64,000 nucleotides of DNA from an uncultured virus (IMG/VR IMGVR_UViG_3300021255_004486) (IMGVR_UViG_3300021255_004486); one strand, 5' to 3'; shown: positions 21,937-31,296, counted from the first letter of the stretch. The notes: generated from the letters alone by a model not told the origin. Made by a program: numbers and translations.

Positions 21937-22064
21937 CTCATAGAGATAGACGGAACAGGCACCCGGAAGTCTCACAATTAACCAAAAGTAAACAATCAAC
22001 AAGGTGAGTTAATCATCAAAAGAAAGGAAATAAAATGAAAGTTCGATTTAGAACCGTCTGACAT

Positions 22065-22137
22065 GGACGGTTAGCTTAAAAGGTGAGAGCGCCGGGTTGA
22101 AGCCCCGGAGAGACAGGTTCGATACCTGTACCGCCCA
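22065..22137 (+). tRNA. tRNA-Phe(GAA)
   Basis: CCGGG-TTGAAGC-CCCGG arm. Confidence 0.85.
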
Positions 22138-22219
22138 CTGAAAAATTCGTGTACAGAAAACGGATGCAATACAGTTTTCTTCCATACTTAATATAAACCT
22201 TGAAAATTAAATCATTATC

Positions 22220-22293
22220 GGCTCTGTAGTGGAGATGGCCAACACGCCTGCCTGTCACGCAGGAGATCGCGGGTTCGAGCCCCGTCAGAGTCG
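22220..22293 (+). tRNA. tRNA-Asp(GTC)
   Basis: Cloverleaf, CTGTCAC loop. Confidence 0.9.
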
Positions 22294-22298
22294 CTTAA

Positions 22299-22406
22299 GC
22301 ATACGGTGGTGGAATAGGTAAACACATTGATAGTAGCAAGACCGAATGGAAGTCAAACACAGAGGTCATGTAAGGTGACAGAAATTCAAATCCTTACCCG
22401 TATGCG
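22299..22406 (+). ncRNA. Atypical tRNA-like element
   Basis: GCATACGG/CCGTATGC acceptor, Leu-like D arm, T arm with 9-nt insertion, no canonical anticodon arm. Confidence 0.5.
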
Positions 22407-22675
22407 AAAATTTGGGGATAACAAAAGGCAGCATATTTCTCTCCCACGAAAGCAGGAATTTGCCTTTTGCCCCGTGTATGTGTAAAACCGGATAGGGAAT
22501 TCGTGGCCCCCTGGTACACCATACACAAATTGGGTAAGCAAATTAAGATGGGATGCGAGTGGTTTCCTGCGGTGCCCTCTTACCAAAACGGCGAGGAGAT
22601 GGTTGGGTTTCCTGTACCTAATAACTTAGCGGTATTGTCGCGGCAGGCCACTCCGGCAATATGAAACAGGAACAT

Positions 22676-22748
22676 GGGTCAGAGGTCGCAATGGGGTGAC
22701 GCGAGTTTTGCAAACTTGAGATGGCGGGTTCGATTCCCGTGTGATCCA
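22676..22748 (+). tRNA. tRNA-Ala(TGC)
   Basis: CGAGT-TTTGCAA-ACTTG arm; G3:U70 pair. Confidence 0.75.
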
Positions 22749-22749
22749 C

Positions 22750-22820
22750 TCGGGATTAGTTTAATAGGAGAACGGCTGTCTTACAAACAGCAGGCGGTGG
22801 AGCGTAACCATCATTCCGAA
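22750..22820 (+). tRNA. tRNA-Val(TAC), atypical T loop
   Basis: GCTGT-CTTACAA-ACAGC arm. Confidence 0.75.
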
Positions 22821-22824
22821 CTAT

Positions 22825-22895
22825 CGAGTATGTGGTGTAATGGGAGCACGCGCGCATAGGGAGCACGAGGCGACGTTCGAATCGTACATATTCGA
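22825..22895 (+). tRNA. tRNA-Pro(AGG)
   Basis: CGCGC-ATAGGGA-GCACG arm; C1-G72, A73; imperfect stems. Confidence 0.65.
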
Positions 22896-22898
22896 TTT

Positions 22899-22970
22899 CG
22901 AGAACGAAGTGTAAAGGTTTGCACACTGACTTCGGGAGTCAGTAGAGTGGTTCGAGTCCAACGTTTTCGA
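22899..22970 (+). tRNA. tRNA-Pro(CGG)
   Basis: CTGAC-TTCGGGA-GTCAG arm. Confidence 0.8.
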
Positions 22971-23106
22971 CTTGTAGCAGAAGCCACCGCTATGTCACCT
23001 TGCTACGGCTTGGAAGTGTTGCAGCACAGTGGATTTGGATGCAATTTGCCTTGGATGCATCAGAAGTATAAATGAGTAGCGCTGTTAGTTTATGCTTTGG
23101 CAATAC

Positions 23107-23179
23107 TGCGGATTAGAGGAGATGGCAGCCTTGCAAGGTTCATACCCTTGAGACACCGGTTCGAGTCCGGTATCCGCGA
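23107..23179 (+). tRNA. tRNA-Met(CAT), initiator-like
   Basis: CAAGG-TTCATAC-CCTTG arm; non-Watson-Crick 1:72. Confidence 0.8.
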
Positions 23180-23210
23180 TTTGACTCCTCAAATTTGAGG
23201 AGTCGGACAA

Positions 23211-23283
23211 GCCCGATTCGTCTATCGGCGAGGATACGTGGTTCTCAGCCACGAGAGGTTGGGTTCAACTCCCACATCGGGTA
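23211..23283 (+). tRNA. tRNA-Glu(CTC)
   Basis: CGTGG-TTCTCAG-CCACG arm. Confidence 0.85.
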
Positions 23284-23289
23284 CTATAT

Positions 23290-23363
23290 GGCTCCATCGT
23301 CTAACCGGAATAGGACGTTGCCCTTTCAAGGCAGAAACGGGAGTTCGAGCCTCCTTGGAGCTA
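23290..23363 (+). tRNA. tRNA-Glu(TTC)
   Basis: CTTTCAA loop. Confidence 0.9.
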
Positions 23364-23365
23364 CT

Positions 23366-23437
23366 GTGACTATGGTATAACGGCTATTACATCGGGTTGT
23401 GATCCCGAGGATTCGAGTTCGATTCTCGATAGTCACC
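23366..23437 (+). tRNA. tRNA-His(GTG)
   Basis: TCGGG-TTGTGAT-CCCGA arm. Confidence 0.9.
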
Positions 23438-23510
23438 GCAGGAGAAATCCTTGCAGTACCTTAATAACAATATAGGGATGTCGGAAACAGGCACTTTCGA
23501 TGTCCCACAT

Positions 23511-23581
23511 GTGGGTGTGGTGTAATGGTAGCACACAACCTTGCCAAGGTTGCGGTACGGGTTCAAATCCCGTTATTCACT
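23511..23581 (+). tRNA. tRNA-Gly(GCC)
   Basis: TTGCCAA loop. Confidence 0.9.
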
Positions 23582-23646
23582 CTTGGTGAATCTTCGCAGA
23601 AGCGATACTAACACCGATTTGTGTGGGTGAAGTCACCCACCAATTC

Positions 23647-23719
23647 GTCCGTGTGGTGTAATGGATTAGCACGACTGCCTTCCAAGCAGTAAATCTCGGT
23701 TCGATTCCGAGTACGGGCT
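23647..23719 (+). tRNA. tRNA-Gly(TCC)
   Basis: CTTCCAA loop. Confidence 0.9.
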
Positions 23720-23720
23720 C

Positions 23721-23792
23721 TGGGCGTTCGTACAATGGTTAGTGCCTTCGTCTTATACGCGAATGATAACAGTTCGATTCTGTTACGCCCTA
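23721..23792 (+). tRNA. tRNA-Ile(TAT)
   Basis: TTCGT-CTTATAC-GCGAA arm. Confidence 0.8.
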
Positions 23793-23877
23793 CTCGGCTG
23801 TAAGTAAAGAAAACGGCCAAAAATTTTAATAAGAACTTGGAATGGGATTCTTATTAAAGCAGATTTATATTAAAAAT

Positions 23878-23949
23878 GCCGTCATGGCGCAATGGTAGCG
23901 CAAGTGCCTTGTAAGCACTGGGTTGTGGGTTCAAGTCCTACTGGCGGCC
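23878..23949 (+). tRNA. tRNA-Thr(TGT)
   Basis: AGTGC-CTTGTAA-GCACT arm. Confidence 0.9.
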
Positions 23950-24025
23950 CTTTAAGGAGAAAATAAAGATGTTGCGATTACGATTGCTCCGACTGTGGAG
24001 TCTACAAATGAATAGTTCTTAATAC

Positions 24026-24102
24026 GTGCACGTAGCCCAATTCGGCAGGAGGCAGGGGATTTAAGCTCCTCACAGTGATCGGTTCGAGTCCGTCCGTGCA
24101 CA
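24026..24102 (+). tRNA. tRNA-Leu(TAA), short variable region
   Basis: TTTAAGC loop. Confidence 0.8.
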
Positions 24103-24106
24103 TTGA

Positions 24107-24180
24107 GTGCCCGTGACGGAATTGGAATACGTACTGGAATAAGAATCCAGGTTTTGAGAGTTCAAATCTCTCCGGGCATA
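24107..24180 (+). tRNA. tRNA-Leu(AAG), short variable region
   Basis: CTGGA-ATAAGAA-TCCAG arm. Confidence 0.8.
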
Positions 24181-24185
24181 CTTAA

Positions 24186-24259
24186 GGCCGACTACCCCAA
24201 CCGGAAGAGGGAATACGTTCAGAGCGTATCAAGTCTCGGTTCAAATCCGAGGTCGGCTA
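24186..24259 (+). tRNA. tRNA-Leu(CAG), short variable region
   Basis: ATACG-TTCAGAG-CGTAT arm. Confidence 0.8.
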
Positions 24260-24260
24260 C

Positions 24261-24336
24261 GCAGGCGTATCCCAACTGGCAGAGGAGGCAAGCTCAAACC
24301 TTGTTAATCGTGTGAGTTCAAATCTCACCGCCTGTA
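24261..24336 (+). tRNA. tRNA-Leu(CAA), short variable region
   Basis: GCAAG-CTCAAAC-CTTGT arm. Confidence 0.8.
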
Positions 24337-24357
24337 CTTAATAACAAAGGAGTAGAT

Positions 24358-24582
24358 ATGTCAGAAGAAGCTCTCGAATGGGGAATACACATCCTTGTTC
24401 CACAAATAGCGGGTGACGAATGTAAGCACTACTTTACGTGTCCCGTATGCGGATTCCATTATACGGATTATATCGGGAGTCCTGCAAAGGAAAGCTGCCC
24501 AAAGTGCAACACGGTGCTCGTAATCGGAAAGTTCTATACGGGCTCAAGAAATAAGATTTTGAAGGGAAGTGGTTCATTATGA
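24358..24582 (+). CDS. Small zinc-ribbon protein inside tRNA array
   Basis: CPVCG...CPKCN; AAGGAG RBS. Confidence 0.65.
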   Translation: MSEEALEWGIHILVPQIAGDECKHYFTCPVCGFHYTDYIGSPAKESCPKCNTVLVIGKFYTGSRNKILKGSGSL

Positions 24583-24610
24583 TTGATTATTATTATAAGG
24601 ACAACATTAA

Positions 24611-24694
24611 GGGCAAGTAAGCATAGCGGCGATTGCGGCGGACTGTAAATCCGTTACACCAGAAACACCGTAGGTTCGAGTCCTACCTTGCCCA
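24611..24694 (+). tRNA. tRNA-Tyr(GTA)
   Basis: CTGTAAA loop, long variable region. Confidence 0.9.
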
Positions 24695-24765
24695 CTCAAA
24701 ATAATACAAAGGAGAAGATTTATGAAACGAAAACAGAAACAAAAGCACAAAATTCATAAAGACAT

Positions 24766-24837
24766 GCGTCTGTAGCCAAGTGGTATGGCAGCCGGCTTTT
24801 AACCGGCATATCGGGAGTTCGAGCCTCTCCAGGCGCA
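24766..24837 (+). tRNA. tRNA-Lys(TTT)
   Basis: GCCGG-CTTTTAA-CCGGC arm. Confidence 0.9.
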
Positions 24838-24880
24838 TTAGGGATAGAAATATCCGCTATGGCAAGATTCGCCGTAGTGC

Positions 24881-24953
24881 GCCTGTGTAACTTAACTGGC
24901 AGAGTAGCGGTCTCTTAAACCGAAGGTTGCAGGTTCGATTCCTGTCACAGGCA
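24881..24953 (+). tRNA. tRNA-Lys(CTT)
   Basis: CTCTTAA loop. Confidence 0.85.
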
Positions 24954-25177
24954 TTAAGGCATTGACTTAAACAGTCGATATATAAACTATAGGAGATATT
25001 TACAATGAATACAATGGTAGTAATGATTCAAATTTCATCAAGACGCTCACAGTCCAGGATTCAAAACTGGATTAGTTGTCGTGGAAAGGATGTATATGGA
25101 TAATACGCGAATCTTACTCAATATCCGATAAAGTGGGGATCATTGCAAGGATTTGCGGTGGTCTCCATTTTTTATAT

Positions 25178-25261
25178 GCCGTAGTCGCTCAGTTGGTGGA
25201 GCCCCTGTCTTGAAAACAGGTAGCCCGAAAGGGTATGTAGGTTCAAATCCTATCTACGGCG
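25178..25261 (+). tRNA. tRNA-Ser(TGA)
   Basis: CTTGAAA loop, long variable arm. Confidence 0.9.
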
Positions 25262-25266
25262 CTCAT

Positions 25267-25353
25267 GGCGGTGTACTCTAACTGGAAAGAGACTTGTCCC
25301 GAAAACAAGCGTAGCGAGAAATCGCGATGAGGGTTCGACTCCCTCCGCCGTCG
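25267..25353 (+). tRNA. tRNA-Ser(CGA)
   Basis: CTTGT-CCCGAAA-ACAAG arm. Confidence 0.85.
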
Positions 25354-25356
25354 TAT

Positions 25357-25453
25357 GGTCACGTAACCCTAACTGGTAAGGGACATGTTTGCTAAACATG
25401 CAGTAATCGGGCAACCGGTGTCCGGTGTCGGAGTTCAAATCTCCGCGTGACCG
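25357..25453 (+). tRNA. tRNA-Ser(GCT)
   Basis: TTGCTAA loop, long variable arm. Confidence 0.85.
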
Positions 25454-25457
25454 CTAA

Positions 25458-25528
25458 ATATCCTTGGTGTAATGGTAGCACGGCGAGCTCCAACCTCGCA
25501 GACGTGGGTTCGATTCCTACAGGATGTG
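25458..25528 (+). tRNA. tRNA-Trp(CCA)
   Basis: GCGAG-CTCCAAC-CTCGC arm. Confidence 0.85.
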
Positions 25529-25531
25529 TAC

Positions 25532-25603
25532 ATCCCCGTAGTCTAACAGATAGAATACTTGGCTACGAACCAGGTGATGAGGGTGCGACTCCTTCCGGGG
25601 ATG
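25532..25603 (+). tRNA. tRNA-Arg(ACG)
   Basis: CTACGAA loop. Confidence 0.85.
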
Positions 25604-25607
25604 CTGA

Positions 25608-25680
25608 TGCCGCATAGTTCAGATGGTAGAACGCTTGATTCTGACTCAAGAGGTCGCAGGTTCGATCCCTGCTGCGGTAG
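25608..25680 (+). tRNA. tRNA-Gln(CTG)
   Basis: CTTGA-TTCTGAC-TCAAG arm. Confidence 0.85.
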
Positions 25681-25684
25681 CTAT

Positions 25685-25758
25685 GGCAACGTACTCAAGA
25701 GGCTTAAGAGGCAAGTCTGCAAAACTTGTATTTGGGGGTTCGAATCCCTCCGTTGTCT
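25685..25758 (+). tRNA. tRNA-Cys(GCA)
   Basis: CAAGT-CTGCAAA-ACTTG arm. Confidence 0.9.
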
Positions 25759-25762
25759 TTGA

Positions 25763-25833
25763 AGGGGATTAGCCTAACGGTAGGGCATCGGATTTTGGTT
25801 CCGAGTGTGAGAGTTCGATTCTCTCATCCCTTG
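25763..25833 (+). tRNA. tRNA-Gln(TTG)
   Basis: TCGGA-TTTTGGT-TCCGA arm. Confidence 0.9.
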
Positions 25834-25837
25834 CTTT

Positions 25838-25910
25838 GCGGGCGTAGCTCAGTTGGTAGAGCACTCGTCTGATACGCGAGAAGTCGCAAGTCCGATTCTT
25901 GCCGTCCGCA
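25838..25910 (+). tRNA. tRNA-Ile(GAT)
   Basis: CTCGT-CTGATAC-GCGAG arm. Confidence 0.85.
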
Positions 25911-25914
25911 TTTG

Positions 25915-25986
25915 GTCTCGTTAGTTTAATGGATAGAACAGGGGACTTCTAATCCTCCGATGCGGGTTCAACTCCTGCACGAGACA
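25915..25986 (+). tRNA. tRNA-Arg(TCT)
   Basis: CTTCTAA loop. Confidence 0.9.
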
Positions 25987-26044
25987 TTTCTACCGGTGCA
26001 TACTCTTGTGCCGGATTCACCATACTTGGCAGCTTTGTCAATCT

Positions 26045-26080
26045 CATACAGTCGCATGTTGTCGCATACAGTCGCATGTT
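26045..26080. repeat. 16-bp direct repeat CATACAGTCGCATGTT x2
   Basis: Copies at 26045-26060 and 26065-26080. Confidence 0.8.
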
Positions 26081-26417
26081 TTATAAAATAACAAATTTTC
26101 GTGTACAGAGATGATTCCGACTCTGATTCGCCTTATTTTTGCCCACATATTCCACTTTTATCATATCAATCGATAACAGAAATGGCGCAAATTCAATATC
26201 AATAAAGGAGGAATCAATATGGAAGAACTTGCCAATGAGTTATACGAAACAATAAGGGATTATGATCCCTATGAGGCGGCAGACAATGATTGGAGCGTGG
26301 AAAAAGCATCCGAGATGCTTGCAAACGATCCGGTAACCGTAATCTCTGCTCTTTGCCGTATGATAAACGGCTTAAGAGAGTGTCTCGAAGAATCAGCAGC
26401 GTAAGGAGGAGCGACAA

Positions 26418-27281
26418 ATGACTAAAGGCGATCAGTACCATTTATCAATGTTACAGCGTATCCTCCAGGATGGGTTCATAGACGAGAATCCGCGTCCGCG
26501 ATACTCAGACGGAACTCCGGCACACACGATCTCCATAAATCATGCTATGCAACAGTATGATTTGTCAAAAGGAGAGTGCCCGATAGAAACGCTTCGTCCT
26601 ATCGCATGGAAAGCTGCTGTAAAGGAGATCCTTTGGATCTACCAGATGCAGTCTAATAAGCTGTCCGACCTCCATGACCTCGGTATCAAATACTGGGATG
26701 AGTGGGATATCGGAGATGGAACCATCGGGTGTCGTTACGGAGCAACCGTTAAGAGGCACAACCTCATCGGAAAACTCCTTGATGGACTCAAGAAAGATCC
26801 GTTCGGCCGCAGGCACATCATGTGTATGTGGCAGGAAGACGACTTTTCGGATGAGACAGGTGGCACAACAAAGGGGCTTAATCCCTGCTGTTATGAAACT
26901 ATCTGGAACGTCCGTAAGGGAAGAGATGGAGAGATGTATTTAGACATGCTGATGAATCAGCGTTCTTCAGACTATGAAGTAAGCTGTGCAATCAACGAGC
27001 TTCAGTACATCGCTCTGTTGATGATGGTTGCAAGAGAATGCGGATTTGAGCCGGGCGTATTCACTCATGTGCTTGAGAACGTTCAAATATACGATCGGCA
27101 CATTGAGCAGGCAAACACGATACTCAACCGAACACCGGTTGAATGCGCGCCAATGCTTGTTCTTAAAGACAATGGACATAGGTGGGGAGAGTTCACTATT
27201 GATGATTTCGAGCTTGTGGACTATCCACTCGATGTGATCAAGGAGAATAATCCTCAACTTAAATTCGATTTAGGAATCTAA
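26418..27281 (+). CDS. thyA: Thymidylate synthase
   Basis: LNPCC, NQRSSD, NVQIYDRH, RRHI motifs. Confidence 0.93.
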   Translation: MTKGDQYHLSMLQRILQDGFIDENPRPRYSDGTPAHTISINHAMQQYDLSKGECPIETLRPIAWKAAVKEILWIYQMQSNKLSDLHDLGIKYWDEWDIGDGTIGCRYGATVKRHNLIGKLLDGLKKDPFGRRHIMCMWQEDDFSDETGGTTKGLNPCCYETIWNVRKGRDGEMYLDMLMNQRSSDYEVSCAINELQYIALLMMVARECGFEPGVFTHVLENVQIYDRHIEQANTILNRTPVECAPMLVLKDNGHRWGEFTIDDFELVDYPLDVIKENNPQLKFDLGI

Positions 27282-27293
27282 GGAGGAATCAAA

Positions 27294-27533
27294 ATGGATG
27301 TCTTTTACCTTTCCCGTGACGATAAATACGTGATGCTTGTAAAGAAGTATGACAACGTATATTCGTACAAGGTGTTTGACGCAGACTATAATGACCTGGA
27401 AGAAGGCATTGTAGAAGCCAATAATGTGAACGAGGCGTTCACAATGGCGCTTAACGAAGTTCTGTGTGTGTTTAAGGCTAAAGCCGAGACCGTACTTAGC
27501 AGATACTTCAAGAAGAAGAAAATTGCATATTGA
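27294..27533 (+). CDS. Hypothetical protein
   Basis: AAGGAGG RBS. Confidence 0.6.
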   Translation: MDVFYLSRDDKYVMLVKKYDNVYSYKVFDADYNDLEEGIVEANNVNEAFTMALNEVLCVFKAKAETVLSRYFKKKKIAY

Positions 27534-27545
27534 AAAAGAAGGGTG

Positions 27546-28568
27546 TCATTCGACACCCTTTTCTTGTGATTCTATATCATCTATTGAAGATTTTATAAGA
27601 TGAATCGATTTTTCAACGATCTCATCCGGCGCAACAAGCTCAAGTAGCTTAACAAACCGTTCAAATCTTTCCTCAAGTCTGACGTATAACTCCATATTCT
27701 CTACTTTTTCGCGATGGAAGTGATTTATAAACTCGGCAGCCTTTCTGTACACGAGTTCTGCGTCAAGTTCATTATAATACTTCGCTTTCTCAATCAGATC
27801 CTTACGTATCTTGATGGTTGGCTGTTTATGCCATTCATCAAACTTAGTTAAGCGCATCCAGGATTCCGAATTGAGTCTAAACCCGAGAGCGGAGATGGCA
27901 GCCTCCGGGAATGTATACACGGTATAATCACTACTTCCTTCAGCCCAGTCGATATCAAAGATGTCTGATATCTTAAAGGAATCCTTGAAAGTCTTATAGT
28001 CTGTCACCAAGACGAGCTTTCTGTCTTCCATAGAGAATGCCAGGTACTTAACGGCATCAATGTTCTTGCAGAGGATGAGTGGCTTTTTCTTGCACTTTAA
28101 GCCTTCTATCCTTGCATTGGCAACCTGTTCCTTAAGGACATCGCATCGCAGCTTAATATCCTGCACGAACTCATACTTTGACTTGTATGTATCGTGCATA
28201 TATGTGGCATCCATCACGAAATACTTGCTCTTAAACAAGAGCTCATACCTGGATATGGCACTTATCCCATCATCAGTCTCAATGCACACCGAAGGCATCA
28301 TCAGTTCGCGGATGTAGGCCATAATGTTGCGTTCTTCCTCAGAAAGACTCTCATATACGCGGTCAATCTCTTCATCACACTGCCATACAGCCTTGTATGT
28401 GTCATTCTTTACTTCATACAATATCCAATACTTATCACTCGGCGTTTCCGCACGCTTATATTCCTTGCCTTCACCAAGGTTTGCAACAAGGTTATCTATA
28501 TACTTCTTATATTCGTTAAATCCATCGTATACAGAGGATATACCGATATATCTGCCTTTTATGATCAT
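27546..28568 (-). CDS. Hypothetical protein
   Basis: 340-aa ORF, AAGGAG RBS. Confidence 0.75.
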   Translation of the reverse strand: MIIKGRYIGISSVYDGFNEYKKYIDNLVANLGEGKEYKRAETPSDKYWILYEVKNDTYKAVWQCDEEIDRVYESLSEEERNIMAYIRELMMPSVCIETDDGISAISRYELLFKSKYFVMDATYMHDTYKSKYEFVQDIKLRCDVLKEQVANARIEGLKCKKKPLILCKNIDAVKYLAFSMEDRKLVLVTDYKTFKDSFKISDIFDIDWAEGSSDYTVYTFPEAAISALGFRLNSESWMRLTKFDEWHKQPTIKIRKDLIEKAKYYNELDAELVYRKAAEFINHFHREKVENMELYVRLEERFERFVKLLELVAPDEIVEKSIHLIKSSIDDIESQEKGVE

Positions 28569-28595
28569 ATAATCTCCTTTATAAGAAGGGACACC

Positions 28596-29822
28596 TTATT
28601 CAGGCATCCCTTTTCTGAGTATCTGTCTCTTTTTGTTTGGTATGATAGAAAAGTCTGAGTTGTACTTCTTCTCACAAAACCTGGTAAAGAGTGCGGGATT
28701 TATCGTCTTTGATATGACATGTCGCTGTGAAATGTCATTCATGTCGTACTCAATCCTTTTGATCACGACACCGCCTTCCTCACAGGTAAACAAGAATCCG
28801 ATAGCGAGATAGTCAAAGCTCTTATCACTCGGGATATAGGACTTAAATACCACGCGAACGTTGCCTTTATTAAGAAGACAATACTTCGCAACCTCGCTAC
28901 ACACATCATCAAACCTAAATTCTGAAAGCAGCGCCTCGATCTTTTCCTCAAAGAGAGCGTCATTATATGCGGTCTCCAAGGTGTTCTCTTTACGTCTCAT
29001 CTCAATGATGACCGGTGATGTAGCCATCCAGAGAAAGAAGAGTGCGATCTGATCCTCGTTATACACTTCTCCATCTTCACCAGTCCACTTAATAACACCG
29101 CCCATACGGGGTTTTTGTGCGTTTATGGCGATAGGCCCCAAATCAATACGCATAGAAGCACCTTTATCAAGGCTGTCAGCGAAGCTCTTGACGAGAACCC
29201 GCGTATTGTTTATGGAAGAAACGCGTGCTGACACCGAGTCAGTCTTCACGTTCTTCACCTTGAAGTAAAGGTTTTGAAGCGTCTTATACGAGAAATCTAT
29301 TAAAAAAGGCTTTGTTGGTCTTAATGTGGATGTAAGCGGAACACCCTTGGTGATATCCCCGCAAATCTTCTGTACAGTAATTGTTCCCCGGTCATTTTCT
29401 GTACACCAAAAAGACCATCCATTACTAAAGGTAACTATCTCCCCGGGACGGAGACTCTTAAGTTTATTCTTCATTGTGTCGGGATATGGATACCCAATAC
29501 CGAATTTGCTGAGCCCGATGTGGCTTCCATATTTCTTGAGAGCAACATAGTTGGCTTTCTCAAACTGGGGAAAATCAAGAAGAGTGGATTTCTTCATATC
29601 TGAATCGTACAGCCTTACCGCCATGCGCTTATCCTTAAATTCGACTTCAAGAATATCGCCATTCTCGGTGGGAGTAACGTATGTATGGTTATTACAGTCA
29701 TCCCAATCATCGAGCAGAGCTTTATTTAAGTCGGCGATCCAGAGATTGAGTGAATTCTTTTTCTCGGCTGAATAATAATGACGTGTTATCATATCAACCT
29801 TTTTAAGCCATGTGTTGTCCAT
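28596..29822 (-). CDS. Hypothetical protein
   Basis: 408-aa ORF, AAGGAGG RBS. Confidence 0.75.
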   Translation of the reverse strand: MDNTWLKKVDMITRHYYSAEKKNSLNLWIADLNKALLDDWDDCNNHTYVTPTENGDILEVEFKDKRMAVRLYDSDMKKSTLLDFPQFEKANYVALKKYGSHIGLSKFGIGYPYPDTMKNKLKSLRPGEIVTFSNGWSFWCTENDRGTITVQKICGDITKGVPLTSTLRPTKPFLIDFSYKTLQNLYFKVKNVKTDSVSARVSSINNTRVLVKSFADSLDKGASMRIDLGPIAINAQKPRMGGVIKWTGEDGEVYNEDQIALFFLWMATSPVIIEMRRKENTLETAYNDALFEEKIEALLSEFRFDDVCSEVAKYCLLNKGNVRVVFKSYIPSDKSFDYLAIGFLFTCEEGGVVIKRIEYDMNDISQRHVISKTINPALFTRFCEKKYNSDFSIIPNKKRQILRKGMPE

Positions 29823-29969
29823 GATTCCTCCTTAAATATCTTTCTATATTAAGTATGTATGTTCGGAGTGGCAAAACATAACGGTAACTATCTTTATTAT
29901 CTCTTCGCTGTTCTTTCATATTTAATATACGAAAACACTTACAAACAGGAGTAAATAAGGAGGTTAAAC

Positions 29970-30494
29970 ATGATAAAAGTCTTAATTGGTAAGTCCGCAG
30001 CGGGTAAAGACACCATGCTGCAAAAAGAGGTCGCAAACGGTGCGCGTCCGATCGTGTCATATACTGACCGGCCGATGCGTGTCGGCGAGGTTAACGGAAG
30101 AGAGTACCACTTTGTTACACAATCAAAGCTATTCTCAATGTACGTAAACCTTGAGTTCTGCGATTTTCGCAGTTACAAGACTAATGTAAACGGCAAACCT
30201 GCCACATGGAGCTATGCTTCACCCTGGGTAGATGCCAAAGAGGACTGGATATGCATTCTCGACTGCAATGGTGCCGAGAATTTTATCCGCAAGTACGGCA
30301 AGGAGAACGTAAATGTCATCTATCTTGATGTAGATGACAAGACACGCGAAGAGAGAGCACGTAAGCGCGGCTCTTTTGACGAGACAGAATGGAAGAGAAG
30401 GCTCATAGCTGATACGGAAGACTTTTCCGAGAAGAAACTGTCCAGACTGTCCAGACTTCTTGACCGTCCGATCGAAGTAATCAAAAATTACTGA
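29970..30494 (+). CDS. gmk: Guanylate kinase-like protein
   Basis: GKSAAGKDT P-loop; SYTDRPMRVGEVNGREYHFV. Confidence 0.85.
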   Translation: MIKVLIGKSAAGKDTMLQKEVANGARPIVSYTDRPMRVGEVNGREYHFVTQSKLFSMYVNLEFCDFRSYKTNVNGKPATWSYASPWVDAKEDWICILDCNGAENFIRKYGKENVNVIYLDVDDKTREERARKRGSFDETEWKRRLIADTEDFSEKKLSRLSRLLDRPIEVIKNY

Positions 30495-30603
30495 TATCTC
30501 CTTTCACAGTTAAAGTCGGCTAATGCCGGCTTTTTCTGTTTTTACGTATACAGAAAACGGTTATGGAACACGAATATACCATACTTATATTAGGAGGAAA
30601 CAA

Positions 30604-31296
30604 ATGAAGTGCAGTTGTAATTCAATCGGTTCAGTTGTTCATATCAACAGGAAAGATTCCCCGCGTGTCAGCAATATCATCGACGATATCACGCAAAACG
30701 TGGACTCCCAGGATAAGATATTGGCGCTTATTTACAGCCTTTCAGACTTTGGGATATGCCCATATCCCGAGGAAGTGGGCCACATGTCTCCATATATAGA
30801 GAAGAAAGACAATGACTACAGGCTTGTAATAGCAGAGAACAGATACGTCTCCCAAATGGGCATCAAAAAAGCATCCAAAGCGTGTCTTTCCTATGTTAAT
30901 GAGGAAAACTACACGATCAATATCGATGAAGATGTGTTTATCGAAAACTACAACGAATATCTCGAATCTTTGATGGAGTATTCAAGCGAAGAGGACATAG
31001 AAGAGGATGACTGCGAGATAGAGTTGGCAGACGAAAGCACGATAGATGATTACGACGACTTATTCGAGAGTTTCCTTGAGTCCATCTATAACGGTCAAAA
31101 AGAAGCGCCCATAGAGGCTCCTTCTTATATATATAAGGTCAGCGGTTCAGAGATAGTTGATTACATAGAGTACGCGGATGCGATCTATGAATACTGCGAT
31201 AATCTCTATCTCAAATCGCATTATTGCCTTGATGATTTTCTGTGTCCCGGCGATAAAGATGCCGTGAATGGAAAGAAACTTAATTTAGCAGTCTAA
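30604..31296 (+). CDS. Acidic hypothetical protein
   Basis: AGGAGG RBS after motif promoter. Confidence 0.7.
   Translation: MKCSCNSIGSVVHINRKDSPRVSNIIDDITQNVDSQDKILALIYSLSDFGICPYPEEVGHMSPYIEKKDNDYRLVIAENRYVSQMGIKKASKACLSYVNEENYTINIDEDVFIENYNEYLESLMEYSSEEDIEEDDCEIELADESTIDDYDDLFESFLESIYNGQKEAPIEAPSYIYKVSGSEIVDYIEYADAIYEYCDNLYLKSHYCLDDFLCPGDKDAVNGKKLNLAV

Noticed and set aside
22676..22748. Calling this tRNA Cys(GCA)
   Set aside because: The stem register gives loop TTTGCAA (anticodon TGC), and G3:U70 indicates Ala.
22076..25762. Short ORFs overlapping tRNAs (e.g. 22674-22859, 23195-23380, 24103-24315, 25559-25762)
   Set aside because: They coincide with clear cloverleaves and lack an RBS.
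21865..25986. Stop-codon reassignment or suppressor tRNAs
   Set aside because: No CTA, TTA or TCA anticodon was found, and genes end normally at TAG, TGA and TAA under code 11.
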